A stretch of 64,000 bases of DNA, from the IMG/VR virus record IMGVR_UViG_3300035698_014029, positions 9,517 to 73,516 of that record; one strand, given 5' to 3'. Under the pieces are notes generated by a model that did no database searches, was not told the DNA's origin, and saw nothing but the letters and a program-made list of their open reading frames with translations. A program made the position numbers and the translations under genes. Within the stretch, counting starts at the first letter, position 1, and the number at the start of each line of letters is the position of its first letter. Below, in pieces: positions 39,639-50,393 of the stretch. This DNA comes from a virus.

Positions 39639-42600
39639 ATGGATAAATTCAAAGAATACCTATTAGATAATAAAATACAATTCAAAGAAGCAGGGTTTAA
39701 TAAAGTAAATATAAGTGAAAATATATATCACTTAGTAAGTTCTAATGAAGAGGGTAAGATATTTACAGAAGATTTAATCCTTATTACAGAGTATGAAGAA
39801 TGTGATTTTTATGCTTTTGAATTTGGTGGAAGATATTTCTATACTCCTGTTGGAACTGAAGAAGATATACAATTTAATGAATTAAAATATATAGGTAAAG
39901 CTGAGAATTATACAGAGATATACGCTCCTTTTCTTGGAATACATGGTTCATACGAAATATTAAATGGAAGCCGAGAATATAAAGATTGGATTAAAAAAGC
40001 AAAATTCCTTGGATGTGATACATTAGGAATATGTGAAAAAAATACTTTGGCAGGAGCAATGAAGTTTCAAATGGAGTGTGGTTATAATGGTATTACTTCT
40101 ATTCTTGGTGCTACATATAGTATATATAATGCTAAGAAAGACTTTAAGTATGATATTAAATGTTACGTAAAGGACGGAGAAGGTTGGAACAACATTCTAA
40201 AAATTAATAAAGAAGTAAATGCTGGGAATGGATATATTTTAGAAGCAGACTTTTTAAAATTAATGAGCGGACTTATTACAATATTTAATCCATCTACTTT
40301 AAAGTTCGAAGATAATTTTATATTAGATTTAAATGGAGTAGAATATTTCCAATTAGACCCAATAGAATATACTAATAATAAAAGGGATAAAGATTATCTT
40401 TTAAATTTACAAAAATATTATAATTCAATTCCGAAACTTAAACCAATATTTATAACTGATGCTTATTATTTAGATAAAGAAGATAGTATTGCTAAATTAT
40501 TATTAAATGAAATAAGTGGAGTTCGAGAACCAGAAGCAAAAAACCAATATTTTAAATCTGTAGATGATTATTTTAATGAATTATCTCCATTATTTTCAAA
40601 AGACAATAATTTCCTATTAATGTTTATTGAAGCTATTGAAAATATAAAAGAAATAGTAAAAGAATGTGATTTTAAGATAGATATTATGCACAAACACCTT
40701 CCTAAATATATTATGACAAAGGAAGAAGAAAAAGTATATAAAACCAATGAAGATTTATTCTGGGGAGCTATTGAAGATGGATTGGCTACAAGAAAATTAA
40801 AAGAGAGTCAAGATGTATGTATCGATAGAATTGGAAAAGAATATAGTGTCATTTCAGCAGGTAAACTACAAGATTATTTTTTGATAAATAAAGATCAGAT
40901 GAGATTTTGTGATGAAAATGAAATATTAACAGGTCCAGGAAGAGGATCAGCTTCAGGATCACTTATCAGTTATTGCATGGGAATTACAAAAGTAGATCCA
41001 TTTGAATATAACTTAATTTTCGAGAGATTTTTGACTGAAGAACGTGCTAAGAATAAAATTGCTGATATTGATATAGATCATTCACAGGAACGTAGAAATG
41101 AAGTTAAGGTTTATTTAAAAGGAAAATATGGTGAAAATCAATGTTGTTCGGTAGGAACATATACATCTTTAGGTCTTAAAGGTTGTATAAAAGATATTGC
41201 TAAAATATTAGGAGGTTCTAATTATGATTATGCTACTGTAAATTTTGTAACAACTGTTATAGATAATAAAGATGAAACATTAAAAGATTTATTTAAATTA
41301 GCTTCGAAAAAAGAAATTGTAAAGAACTATATTATAAAAAATCCTAATGTATTTTATAATTTACCATTAATACTTAATTCATTAAGAACAAAATCAACTC
41401 ATGCTTCTGCATTTATAATTACTCCTACAAATAAAACCTTATTTGAATGGATGCCTGTTAGAGTAGAAAATAAAGATGGTATAAAGGTTTTAGTTAGTGA
41501 ATGGGAAGGTACTGAATTAGAAGATGCTGGATTTTTAAAACAAGATATATTAGGACTTTTACAGCTTGATAAATTTAAAGATCAAATAGATTCTATTAAA
41601 GAAATTGAAGGAATTGATATAGATATTGAAAATATACCTTTAAATGATGGAAAAGTTTATGAATATTTTTCTAAAGGGTGGTCAAAAGACACATTCCAAT
41701 TTGGAACACATGGATTAACTCAATATACTAAAAAATTAAAACCTGAAAATATTGAAGAATTAATTGCTGCAGTTTCTTTATATAGACCTGGAGCAATGGA
41801 ATCTGGATTTCATGAAGATTATATTAAAATTAAACATGGTGAAGAGAAACCTGAATATATGTGGGGATGTAAAGAAATTACTCTAAATACCTATGGATTA
41901 GTGATTTATCAAGAACAAATTATGTTTATATGTCAAAAAGTAGGAGGTTTTAATTTAACAGAAACCGATGAGATTAGAAGAGCAATGGGTAAGAAAAAAA
42001 TGAAACTTATCTTAGAATATAAAGATAGATTTGTTGATGGAGCTTTAAAAAATGGATGTCCTAAAGAAGAGGCTGAAGATATTTGGAGTAAATTAGAAAG
42101 ATTTGCTGAATATGGATTTAACCTTTCACACGCTACTACATATGCAATTATAGGATATAGAAGTATGTGGTTTAAAGTTAATTATCCAGTTCATTTTTGG
42201 TCTACATCTATTAATAAAATAATTGGAAAGAGTGATTTTGATGAGAAGATTTCAGAATATCTTTCAGAAATTTATCAAATTGGAAATATTCAAATTAAGT
42301 CTCCAGATATAAATCAATCAGAAACAGCAGTTAAGACAGATTATAAGAATAATATCATATATTGGGCATTAACAGCAACTAAACAAGTTGGAGATGTAGC
42401 AACAGCTCAAATTATAAAAGATAGAGAAGATGGTTCTTATTTTTCATTCTCAGAGTTTTATTCAAGACATAAATATAAAGGGACTAAAGTAAATAAATCT
42501 GTATTTGAAAATTTAATATTAGCAGGAGCTTTTGATGAAATAGAAGAAGTGAGGCATCCTAGTGATAGATTGATGTTAATCCAAGATTATAGAAAAATGG

Positions 42601-43058
42601 ATAGTGTAAAACCAAATAAAGAAAAAGATTTATTTGAATTAAATAAAGATAAATTAGCTTTAGATTGGTGGTGGACTCTTCAACAAAAGAATGTTTCCGG
42701 TATAGCTTTTTGTGATTATCAAGGATTAGTTGAAAAGGATGATTATTTTAAAGATGCATATATTAGTGCTGATGAATTTGTATTACCTGAAAATAAAGAA
42801 GAAAATTGTACAATAGGTGGATATGTTTCTAATTTTATTGAAAGAGAAACAAAAAAAGGGAAATATTGTGTAATAACATTAGAAATAAATTATCAATTTA
42901 TTGATGTTATTATATGGCCAGATCAATATAAGTATTTAGATGTTATAATAGAACCTAAAACTATATTGTTAATATCTGGAACAATTAAAGAAGATACATA
43001 TAGAAATAAAAATACTTTATTCTCTAATACAGATACAAGTGTTAAAATTTTGAAGTAA
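39639..43058 (+). CDS. dnaE: DNA polymerase III alpha subunit (family C)
   Basis: PHP domain, GPGRGSASGS, FERFL, DIDID, K.DILGL, YQEQIM, YGFN.SHA, C-terminal OB fold. Confidence 0.95.
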   Translation: MDKFKEYLLDNKIQFKEAGFNKVNISENIYHLVSSNEEGKIFTEDLILITEYEECDFYAFEFGGRYFYTPVGTEEDIQFNELKYIGKAENYTEIYAPFLGIHGSYEILNGSREYKDWIKKAKFLGCDTLGICEKNTLAGAMKFQMECGYNGITSILGATYSIYNAKKDFKYDIKCYVKDGEGWNNILKINKEVNAGNGYILEADFLKLMSGLITIFNPSTLKFEDNFILDLNGVEYFQLDPIEYTNNKRDKDYLLNLQKYYNSIPKLKPIFITDAYYLDKEDSIAKLLLNEISGVREPEAKNQYFKSVDDYFNELSPLFSKDNNFLLMFIEAIENIKEIVKECDFKIDIMHKHLPKYIMTKEEEKVYKTNEDLFWGAIEDGLATRKLKESQDVCIDRIGKEYSVISAGKLQDYFLINKDQMRFCDENEILTGPGRGSASGSLISYCMGITKVDPFEYNLIFERFLTEERAKNKIADIDIDHSQERRNEVKVYLKGKYGENQCCSVGTYTSLGLKGCIKDIAKILGGSNYDYATVNFVTTVIDNKDETLKDLFKLASKKEIVKNYIIKNPNVFYNLPLILNSLRTKSTHASAFIITPTNKTLFEWMPVRVENKDGIKVLVSEWEGTELEDAGFLKQDILGLLQLDKFKDQIDSIKEIEGIDIDIENIPLNDGKVYEYFSKGWSKDTFQFGTHGLTQYTKKLKPENIEELIAAVSLYRPGAMESGFHEDYIKIKHGEEKPEYMWGCKEITLNTYGLVIYQEQIMFICQKVGGFNLTETDEIRRAMGKKKMKLILEYKDRFVDGALKNGCPKEEAEDIWSKLERFAEYGFNLSHATTYAIIGYRSMWFKVNYPVHFWSTSINKIIGKSDFDEKISEYLSEIYQIGNIQIKSPDINQSETAVKTDYKNNIIYWALTATKQVGDVATAQIIKDREDGSYFSFSEFYSRHKYKGTKVNKSVFENLILAGAFDEIEEVRHPSDRLMLIQDYRKMDSVKPNKEKDLFELNKDKLALDWWWTLQQKNVSGIAFCDYQGLVEKDDYFKDAYISADEFVLPENKEENCTIGGYVSNFIERETKKGKYCVITLEINYQFIDVIIWPDQYKYLDVIIEPKTILLISGTIKEDTYRNKNTLFSNTDTSVKILK

Positions 43059-43079
43059 GATATAATAGTTATATTTTTG
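43049..43079 (+). promoter_or_regulatory. Bacteroidota-type sigma70 promoter
   Basis: TTTG-N19-TATTTTTG. Confidence 0.7.
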
Positions 43080-43107
43080 TAAATAACATTAATTAAAAAT
43101 TAGAAAA

Positions 43108-43302
43108 ATGGCAAATTCAAGTAGTAGTTCAAGTGGAATAGGAGTTTTTGGGGTATTAGGAATAGTATTCGTAGTATTAAAACTTATTGGAACAATAACA
43201 TGGAGTTGGTGGTGGGTAACATTACCATTTTGGGGTGGATTAGGTCTTGTGCTATTAATATTATTAATAATAGCATTAATAGCAATTATATTTAATAAGT
43301 AA
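43108..43302 (+). CDS. Small phage membrane protein
   Basis: VLKLIG.I.WSWWWV..P.W motif, two TM segments. Confidence 0.8.
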   Translation: MANSSSSSSGIGVFGVLGIVFVVLKLIGTITWSWWWVTLPFWGGLGLVLLILLIIALIAIIFNK

Positions 43303-43303
43303 T

Positions 43304-43870
43304 ATGGCAAAAGAACAAGTATTTGTATATATAGGTAAAAAAGTTATTACATTAACTTTTGAAGATTTTGATGATAATATTGATGTTGATGACTTAACCC
43401 GTATTCATTATGAGAATTTATATGGGGAATCGGTTACAATTTCTGCACTTTTAAATCGTATAGGACTTTTAAAGGCAGATGTAGAAGAAGCTTTAGAATT
43501 AGGTAAAATTGCTTTATCTGTATATGAAGCTACTTGTCGTAAAAATTTTAGAAGAGAAGCAGCTGAAAATGCTGGTAAATGTAAAATAAAAGACAATATA
43601 ACTGAAAAAGTAGATTGGATTAAATTAACAGAAAAATCCATTGAAGATTTCGTCCTATTAGATAAAGGATGGCAAACGAAAAAGAAAAATGTTGCAAAAC
43701 GTAAAAAAGACTTAGAATATGTAGATTCTCTTTATTGGGCTATCCAAAGTAAAGATAAAAAGCTTAATAATTTACTTCCTAAATCAGTTCCAGAAGATTT
43801 TGCTGATGAAATAATTGCAGGAAGTATAAATTGTATTATGTTAAAGATAACAAATAAAAAATATAGCTAA
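43304..43870 (+). CDS. Putative recombination mediator (UvsY-like) coiled-coil protein
   Basis: Helical, near SSB; weak similarity pattern only. Confidence 0.45.
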   Translation: MAKEQVFVYIGKKVITLTFEDFDDNIDVDDLTRIHYENLYGESVTISALLNRIGLLKADVEEALELGKIALSVYEATCRKNFRREAAENAGKCKIKDNITEKVDWIKLTEKSIEDFVLLDKGWQTKKKNVAKRKKDLEYVDSLYWAIQSKDKKLNNLLPKSVPEDFADEIIAGSINCIMLKITNKKYS

Positions 43871-44298
43871 TGGATATTTCAAAAGATTATATAGAAATGT
43901 GCTCAAAAGCACAAGAGATTCAATTCCCAAGTGAATTAATGTTTAGTAATGGAAGTTTTATTTTTAATAAATCAGCAAATGATGGGAATGGTTATTTATT
44001 TGTAAATCATCTTATTCAACCTAATGAAGATAGTAATTTATGGGAACTTGAATATAGAGAAGATCAATATGCACATCATAATATATTTCTTCCTCGACAA
44101 GATCAATTACAAAAGATAATGTTTAAACATTATGGAGATGGTTGTGATGTTGGAAGATTACAAGAATATTTAGATGTGTATTGGGATGTTTATGTGTTTG
44201 ATGTTAAGTCATTTGAACAACTCTGGTTAGCTTTCGTAATGAAAGAAAAATATAATAAACAATGGAATTCAGAAATTAAAAATTGGGAGAAAATATAA
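43870..44298 (+). CDS. Paralog family A, copy 3
   Basis: First 47 nt identical to copy 1. Confidence 0.8.
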   Translation: MDISKDYIEMCSKAQEIQFPSELMFSNGSFIFNKSANDGNGYLFVNHLIQPNEDSNLWELEYREDQYAHHNIFLPRQDQLQKIMFKHYGDGCDVGRLQEYLDVYWDVYVFDVKSFEQLWLAFVMKEKYNKQWNSEIKNWEKI

Positions 44299-44849
44299 TG
44301 GATATTTCGAAAGATTACATTTTAATGTGTAAGAAAACTAAAGAGATACAGAAATTAAGGAAAAAAATTGACCTTAGTAATTGGAAATTGGATGATGTTT
44401 TCCATGAAGAACATCCAGAAATAAATAGTAAAGATAAAAGTGGTTTAGATTGGACATATATATATTGTCAAATTATGGGAACTGAGAGTTTTAATAGGTA
44501 TCCTTATATTTGGCTTCCAAGAATAGACCAATTAATAGAATTACTTAAGGGTAGCTTAATTGATAAAATAAAATTATTTAACCTTATATTTATTCAACCT
44601 ATTTTAAAAATAAATGAAATGGGAGAAATGAGTCAAGAAGACATTGCTAATTTAAAATTAGAATGGGAAAAAGTATGTAAACAAACTAATCCTATAATTA
44701 TTAGTTCTGATTTAGATGTTGAAGTAGTTTGGATGGGAGTTAATCCATTAAAATCTATGGAACAATGTTGGTTAATGTTAGTAATGAAAGAAAAGTATAA
44801 TAAATTTTGGAATTTAAAGAATAAAAATTGGGAAATAATTAAGAATTAA
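44298..44849 (+). CDS. Paralog family A, copy 4
   Basis: MDISKDYILMC, WLPRIDQL, SMEQCWLMLVMKEKYNKFWN; TAATG coupling. Confidence 0.8.
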   Translation: MDISKDYILMCKKTKEIQKLRKKIDLSNWKLDDVFHEEHPEINSKDKSGLDWTYIYCQIMGTESFNRYPYIWLPRIDQLIELLKGSLIDKIKLFNLIFIQPILKINEMGEMSQEDIANLKLEWEKVCKQTNPIIISSDLDVEVVWMGVNPLKSMEQCWLMLVMKEKYNKFWNLKNKNWEIIKN

Positions 44850-44908
44850 CAACTCTATCTATAAGGATAGAATAATATAAATTAAATGTTTAATTAATAA
44901 GAAAAACA

Positions 44909-46282
44909 ATGAGTGTAGATTTTAGAAAAAGGTTAAAAGGCTCAAAATTATCCACAATACAAGAAGGAAAGAAAGAAGCCGAGAGTAGAACCAAAAGTTA
45001 TTCAAAAAAAGGGTATGTAGGTAATCATGACGTTGAAGATGGAGAAAATTATTTTCGATTGATGCCAGCTCATAATGCTCAAGTTGATCCTCCATTTCAA
45101 GCAAACAAGACAACTTTTTTACAAATAGAGTCTCCTGTTTATGAAGATGGAGAAAAAACAGATAAAACTTCGATAAGACCTAAACCAATATTTATTGCAA
45201 CAACACATGGTTTAGATAAAGAAGGAAATTTGATGACTAAATGCCCTATTGAACTTTATATAAATAAAGTTTATACAAAAGTTTTTGATGAAACTCAAGA
45301 TGAAAAGGAACAAACGAAAAAATTAGCTCCTTTAAAATCATTTCCAGGTGGGATTATGCCAAAAACTGTGTACACCTATTATGCATGGAAAGATGGTAAA
45401 TTAGCTCGATTAGACCTTAAACCTTCTGTTGTTAATCAAATGGAAGAAATAAGCTTAAAAAGCTCTAAATCTGGGTCAGATATTGATGTTTTCACAGATA
45501 TAGATGATGGTATTAGATTAGTTGTTACTAAAAGAGGTAAAAAACTTGAAACTAAATATGTTGCATCTAAGGATGAGATTGATAATATCATGGAACTTGA
45601 TGGTGATGATTTATTAAAAGCTAAAGCTGAATTCAAGAAAAGACAACAATTAAGTGATCCTCAAATAGAAGAATTTTTTAAAGTTAAACCTTTGAAAGAA
45701 CTTTTAGGTCCGGGAGTTTATAAAATGACAGATTTTGATTTTGCTGTAGAAGGATTAATGAGATTTGATGAAAAAAATGGTTTTGGTATTTTCGAAGATG
45801 AGGATTATATAAATCAATTAGAAGAAATCAAATCTATGATTCCTGAGAAATCTGACGATAGCGAAGAAGAAAATAATCCACTTATTGAAGCTGGTAAAAA
45901 TGATAAAGCTTCGAAAGTTCATCCTAAAACAACTGAAGATAAAAAAGCAGAAGTTACAGATGATATTTCTACTTGGAATAAAATCAAATGTAAGAAATTA
46001 TTAAATCCTTATATTGAAGAGAACTATGGTTCAGATCATAAACTTCCAGATTTAGAATTAGATAAAATGAGAGAATGGGCTAAATTAGCTAAAGACGGAG
46101 ATGAATTACCTTTTGATAATGTCACTCTTCCAGAAACTAATGAAAATTTAGAAGCTAGTGAAGATTTAAGTGCAACAACTAATACAGATGTTCCTGATGA
46201 TACTATTATTAATTCGGAAGCAGAAACAACTAGAGATGTTATTCAAGAGAGATTAAATAAACTCAAAAATAAGAATAAATAG
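44909..46282 (+). CDS. Single-stranded DNA-binding protein (gp32-like)
   Basis: GENYFRLMP, KCPI, FTD.DDG....TKRGK..ETKY; acidic C-terminal region. Confidence 0.7.
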   Translation: MSVDFRKRLKGSKLSTIQEGKKEAESRTKSYSKKGYVGNHDVEDGENYFRLMPAHNAQVDPPFQANKTTFLQIESPVYEDGEKTDKTSIRPKPIFIATTHGLDKEGNLMTKCPIELYINKVYTKVFDETQDEKEQTKKLAPLKSFPGGIMPKTVYTYYAWKDGKLARLDLKPSVVNQMEEISLKSSKSGSDIDVFTDIDDGIRLVVTKRGKKLETKYVASKDEIDNIMELDGDDLLKAKAEFKKRQQLSDPQIEEFFKVKPLKELLGPGVYKMTDFDFAVEGLMRFDEKNGFGIFEDEDYINQLEEIKSMIPEKSDDSEEENNPLIEAGKNDKASKVHPKTTEDKKAEVTDDISTWNKIKCKKLLNPYIEENYGSDHKLPDLELDKMREWAKLAKDGDELPFDNVTLPETNENLEASEDLSATTNTDVPDDTIINSEAETTRDVIQERLNKLKNKNK

Positions 46283-46290
46283 TTTAATAT

Positions 46291-46315
46291 GGGGGGAGAA
46301 ATCTCCCCTAATTTT
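46291..46315 (+). terminator. Intrinsic terminator
   Basis: ggggag-aaat-ctcccc then taatttt. Confidence 0.65.
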
Positions 46316-46470
46316 AAAAAATATAAATTGATAACATTTAAAGAGTTTAAAAAAAAATATCCATATTTAAAGGTATATACAGAAGAAATTCAAGAATTAG
46401 CTTACGAATGGTTTATTAAAATACCAAAATTTAATGTGCAAAAATTTTTAACATTTTATAATTAAAAAGA

Positions 46471-46656
46471 ATGTCAATATTAACAGATGAAAGTCTTATG
46501 CCTTGGGGTAAATATGAAGGTGAAAGTATGTGTAACGTACCTGCTAATTATTTCATGTTTTTATATAATAATAACAAATATGATCATGATGTAGGGGTAT
46601 ATATTAGGAATAATTTAGAAGTATTTAAAGCAGAATTAAAACAACAAGGTAAATGA
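46471..46656 (+). CDS. DUF3820-like small protein
   Basis: MPWGKYEG..M..VP..Y motif. Confidence 0.7.
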   Translation: MSILTDESLMPWGKYEGESMCNVPANYFMFLYNNNKYDHDVGVYIRNNLEVFKAELKQQGK

Positions 46657-47327
46657 AACAATATCCTCAATTAATAGATAAAAAAGTAAAATTCCCAAAA
46701 GGGAATGAAATTGATTTTTTTCAAGATTTTAATTTTTTAAGTGGTATTCCATTTAATATAGAATTTACCATAGAAAGTAAAACAAGTAGTAAAAATAAAT
46801 ATTGGTTAATTGGGAAAGGATACGGACAAAAAGGTTTTTATGGAAATGGTAGAATATGTGTTGATTATAAAGATATAATTACAATTATAAGCAAAGAAAT
46901 GAAAATAACAAAAGACACAAAGATAGGTGATTTAATACCTGAAGACCATGAATTTGATTATTGTAATGGAGAACCTAATGGGAGTGATGATAAATCGCAA
47001 ATTCATATTCATATTAAAAAGAAAGAAATTAAAAATTTTGATTGGTATGTAGATAAGTATATTGAATTAAAAAAAGGATTATATAGTGAATACGTACCTT
47101 TAGTTTTAAGAGAAAATATAAAAACACAAAGATGGGATTTAATATCATTCGAAATAAAAATAGGATTATTGAAATTAATATGTGATGGTTTAAAATATTC
47201 TTTATGGTTTCATGATTTAATTGAAATAAGTAAAAGATTAGATGGACAAAAACCAGAAGATTTACCTATTATTAATGAAATATTTAATATTTGTCCGAAA
47301 GAATTCTTAATTTCAATATTTAAATAA
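46653..47327 (+). CDS. Hypothetical protein; C-terminal part is paralog family B copy 2
   Basis: Internal ATG 46899 begins MKITKDTKIGDLIPE. Confidence 0.65.
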   Translation: MKQYPQLIDKKVKFPKGNEIDFFQDFNFLSGIPFNIEFTIESKTSSKNKYWLIGKGYGQKGFYGNGRICVDYKDIITIISKEMKITKDTKIGDLIPEDHEFDYCNGEPNGSDDKSQIHIHIKKKEIKNFDWYVDKYIELKKGLYSEYVPLVLRENIKTQRWDLISFEIKIGLLKLICDGLKYSLWFHDLIEISKRLDGQKPEDLPIINEIFNICPKEFLISIFK

Positions 47328-48368
47328 ATGAAAAAACCAATATTAATAATAAGTAGTGATTGGCATATTAAGCCATCTAATATAGACTCTATTATAGAAC
47401 TTATTAAGCAAAAAATAAAATTAGCTAAAAAATTAAATTGTACTAATTTAGCTTGTCTTGGGGATATATTTCAAAGTAGACAATCACAGCCGTTATCAGT
47501 TCTAAAATGTTTTGAAATTATATTGGATTTAATTAAAGAAGCAGAAATGGAATTAGTATGTATAAGTGGGAATCATGATAAAACTGATTATCAATCAACT
47601 AATTCATTTTTAGATCAATTTCAATGGCATCCTGCTTTAAAATTAATAAGAATATACGAAGGACTTCTAATAAAAGACGATATTAAATTATGGTTTTTAC
47701 CTTTTTTCGAAGAAAAATTATGGTTAGATGACTTTGATGAAAATATTATTAATAAGGTAAAAGAACAAGATAAATATAAACATATCTTAATGTCTCATCA
47801 ATCCTTTAATGGTTCAGTTAATAATGATGGAAGTAAACAAGAAAATTCATTAAAGGTAGGATTATTTAAAGATTTTTTTAAAGTATTTTTAGGACATTTC
47901 CATAATATGCATCAAATAGGGAAAAATATTTATCACCTTCCTTCTATTCAGGCTAATAACTTTGGAGAAAACAATGAGAAAGGATTTACAGTATTATATG
48001 ATGATGGAAGTCATGAATTAATACAAAGTACATTCTCTAAATATGAAACTATTAAAATTGATTTAGATAAAACTTCTAAAAAAGATTTAAACAAATTAAT
48101 CACAAGTCACGGTGGAAGTGATGATCATATAAGATTTAAATTAATTGGAGCTGAAGAAAAAATAAAAGCAATTAAGAAAGAAGAATTTTCAGTTGCAGGA
48201 ATAGAAGTAACATGTGATATTACAGATGCAGAATATGAAGCTTTAGAAATAGAACAAGTAGAACTTACTAAAGATACCATTAAAGATGAATTTAAAGTAT
48301 GGTGTGATAAAAATGAAAAAGATTATAATACTGGAATTGAATATATAAATAAAAAATTTGGAAAATAA
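47328..48368 (+). CDS. Mre11/SbcD-like nuclease
   Basis: SDWH, LGDIF, GNHD, SH, GHFH metallophosphoesterase motifs. Confidence 0.9.
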   Translation: MKKPILIISSDWHIKPSNIDSIIELIKQKIKLAKKLNCTNLACLGDIFQSRQSQPLSVLKCFEIILDLIKEAEMELVCISGNHDKTDYQSTNSFLDQFQWHPALKLIRIYEGLLIKDDIKLWFLPFFEEKLWLDDFDENIINKVKEQDKYKHILMSHQSFNGSVNNDGSKQENSLKVGLFKDFFKVFLGHFHNMHQIGKNIYHLPSIQANNFGENNEKGFTVLYDDGSHELIQSTFSKYETIKIDLDKTSKKDLNKLITSHGGSDDHIRFKLIGAEEKIKAIKKEEFSVAGIEVTCDITDAEYEALEIEQVELTKDTIKDEFKVWCDKNEKDYNTGIEYINKKFGK

Positions 48369-50389
48369 TGGCAAAAGGTAAATTAGACGATTTAATAGAA
48401 GATATAGAAAAGACTTTTGGTAAAGGAGCTGTTTCTGATATGGAACATAAAGTTGAAGGTATTGAATGGATTCCTTCCGGTTCATTAGGAGTAGATATTG
48501 CTACTGGAGGTGGATATCCAAAAGGTAGAATAATTGATATAACAGGATTAGAGAGTTCCGGGAAAACAACATTAGCTATTCATGCTATGGTAGAAGCTCA
48601 AAAGCAAGGTGGAATAGTTGGTTTTGTAGATGCTGAACATGCATTTGATGTTTATTATGCAAGAAATTTAGGATTAGATACAAATAAAGATAAATGGTTA
48701 ATTTCACAACCCTCGTCTGGAGAAGAAGGATTAGAAATAGTTGAAAAGTTTGTTAGGTCTGGATTATTTTCAGTTGTAGTAATAGATTCTGTTGCTGCAT
48801 TAACTCCTAAAGCTGAAATAGATGGGGCGTTTGGTGATGCGAAAATGGGACTTCAAGCAAGATTAATGTCTCAAGCAATGAGAAAATTAGTAGGAATAGT
48901 TCATAAAAGTAATACAGTTGTTATTTTTATTAATCAAATAAGAATGAAAATTGGAGTTATGTTTGGATGTTTTTCTTATAATTCTAGAATTATTTTAGAA
49001 GATGGATCTACTGAAAAAATAGGTAAAATAGTGAATCAAAAATTACCTATAAAAGTAATGTCATTTAACCAAAAAACAGGAAGATGTGAATCTAAAAAGA
49101 TATTAAATTATTATAAAAATGGTAAAGCTGATAAATTTTATAAATTTATCATAGAAAAACCTTATGGAAATGGCAGAAGTCAATTTAAATGTACTCCTAA
49201 TCATTTAATATTTACCCCATTTGGAGAAAGAATGGCTGAAGAGTTAGAGATAAATGATTTAATTTTAGCTAAAGATATTTATTTATTAAGTAAAATTCAA
49301 AAGGAAATTATTTATGGATCTTTACTTGGAGATGGTTCAATAAAAAAGAATGGTGTATTTAGAATAGGTCATGGTGGAAAACAAATAATATATTGTAAAT
49401 GGAAACAGTCTTTTTTTAGAAATATAGTAACAAGTAGTTATGAAAATTCTAAAAAAGGATGGAATTTTGAAATAAAAAGATGTGCTGAGAATAGTAAACT
49501 TAGAAGAGAATTATATTTAAAACAAGGAAGATTTTTATCATCTAATTTTTTAGATAAATTAACTCCATTAAGTATATCTATTTGGTATATGGATGACGCA
49601 TGTTTAAGTGGAAGTCATAAAAAATGGGGATATGGTAAAATTGAAATATCTGTAAAAAAATATGATACAGATCTTATTGAGTTATTAGCTTATCAATTAA
49701 ATAAAGAATTTTTAATATTTCCAACTATAACAAGTAGAAAAATTTTATTATTTTCAGGGGAAGAATCAAAAAAGATACAGGAATTAGTATGTAAATATAT
49801 TCATCCATCAATGCAATATAAATTGTCTCATCATTTTCAAAATAAATTTGAGACAATTTGGACAACATTTAAAAAACCTACATGGGAAATGACTAAAATG
49901 AGAATTTTAAGTAAAAAAGAAATAGTTATGCATTCTAAATATATGACTAAATTTGATTTAGAAATTGAAGATAATCATAATTATTTAGTAGATGGAGTTG
50001 GAGTTCATAATTCACCCGAAACTTCTCCTGGAGGATTTGCTCTTAAGTTTTATTCTTCTATTCGAATTGATATACGAAGAATTGGTCAAAATAAAGATGG
50101 TGAAGAAGTAGTATCTAATAGAACAAGAGTTAAGGTTATTAAAAATAAAGTAGCCCCACCTTATAAAAAAGCTGAGTTTGATATTGAATTTGGTACAGGA
50201 ATTTCAAAAATTGGAGAAATAATTGATTTTGGAGTTGCTGGAGAAATTATTAAAAAAAGCGGTTCTTGGTTTAGTTATGGCGAAACAAAACTAGGACAGG
50301 GAAGAGAAGCTGTTAAACAACTTTTAAAAGATAATCCTGAATTAACAGAAGAACTTGAAATAAAAATTAGAAAAAAATTAAAAATATAA
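48368..50389 (+). CDS. recA: RecA recombinase containing an intein
   Basis: [52 protein letters not shown]. Confidence 0.95.
   Translation: MAKGKLDDLIEDIEKTFGKGAVSDMEHKVEGIEWIPSGSLGVDIATGGGYPKGRIIDITGLESSGKTTLAIHAMVEAQKQGGIVGFVDAEHAFDVYYARNLGLDTNKDKWLISQPSSGEEGLEIVEKFVRSGLFSVVVIDSVAALTPKAEIDGAFGDAKMGLQARLMSQAMRKLVGIVHKSNTVVIFINQIRMKIGVMFGCFSYNSRIILEDGSTEKIGKIVNQKLPIKVMSFNQKTGRCESKKILNYYKNGKADKFYKFIIEKPYGNGRSQFKCTPNHLIFTPFGERMAEELEINDLILAKDIYLLSKIQKEIIYGSLLGDGSIKKNGVFRIGHGGKQIIYCKWKQSFFRNIVTSSYENSKKGWNFEIKRCAENSKLRRELYLKQGRFLSSNFLDKLTPLSISIWYMDDACLSGSHKKWGYGKIEISVKKYDTDLIELLAYQLNKEFLIFPTITSRKILLFSGEESKKIQELVCKYIHPSMQYKLSHHFQNKFETIWTTFKKPTWEMTKMRILSKKEIVMHSKYMTKFDLEIEDNHNYLVDGVGVHNSPETSPGGFALKFYSSIRIDIRRIGQNKDGEEVVSNRTRVKVIKNKVAPPYKKAEFDIEFGTGISKIGEIIDFGVAGEIIKKSGSWFSYGETKLGQGREAVKQLLKDNPELTEELEIKIRKKLKI
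48968..50011 (+). mobile_element. Intein (348 aa) with LAGLIDADG homing endonuclease
   Basis: GVMFG|CFSY...TPNH...GSLLGDG...WYMDD...GVHN|SPET. Confidence 0.95.
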
Positions 50390-50393
50390 TAAT

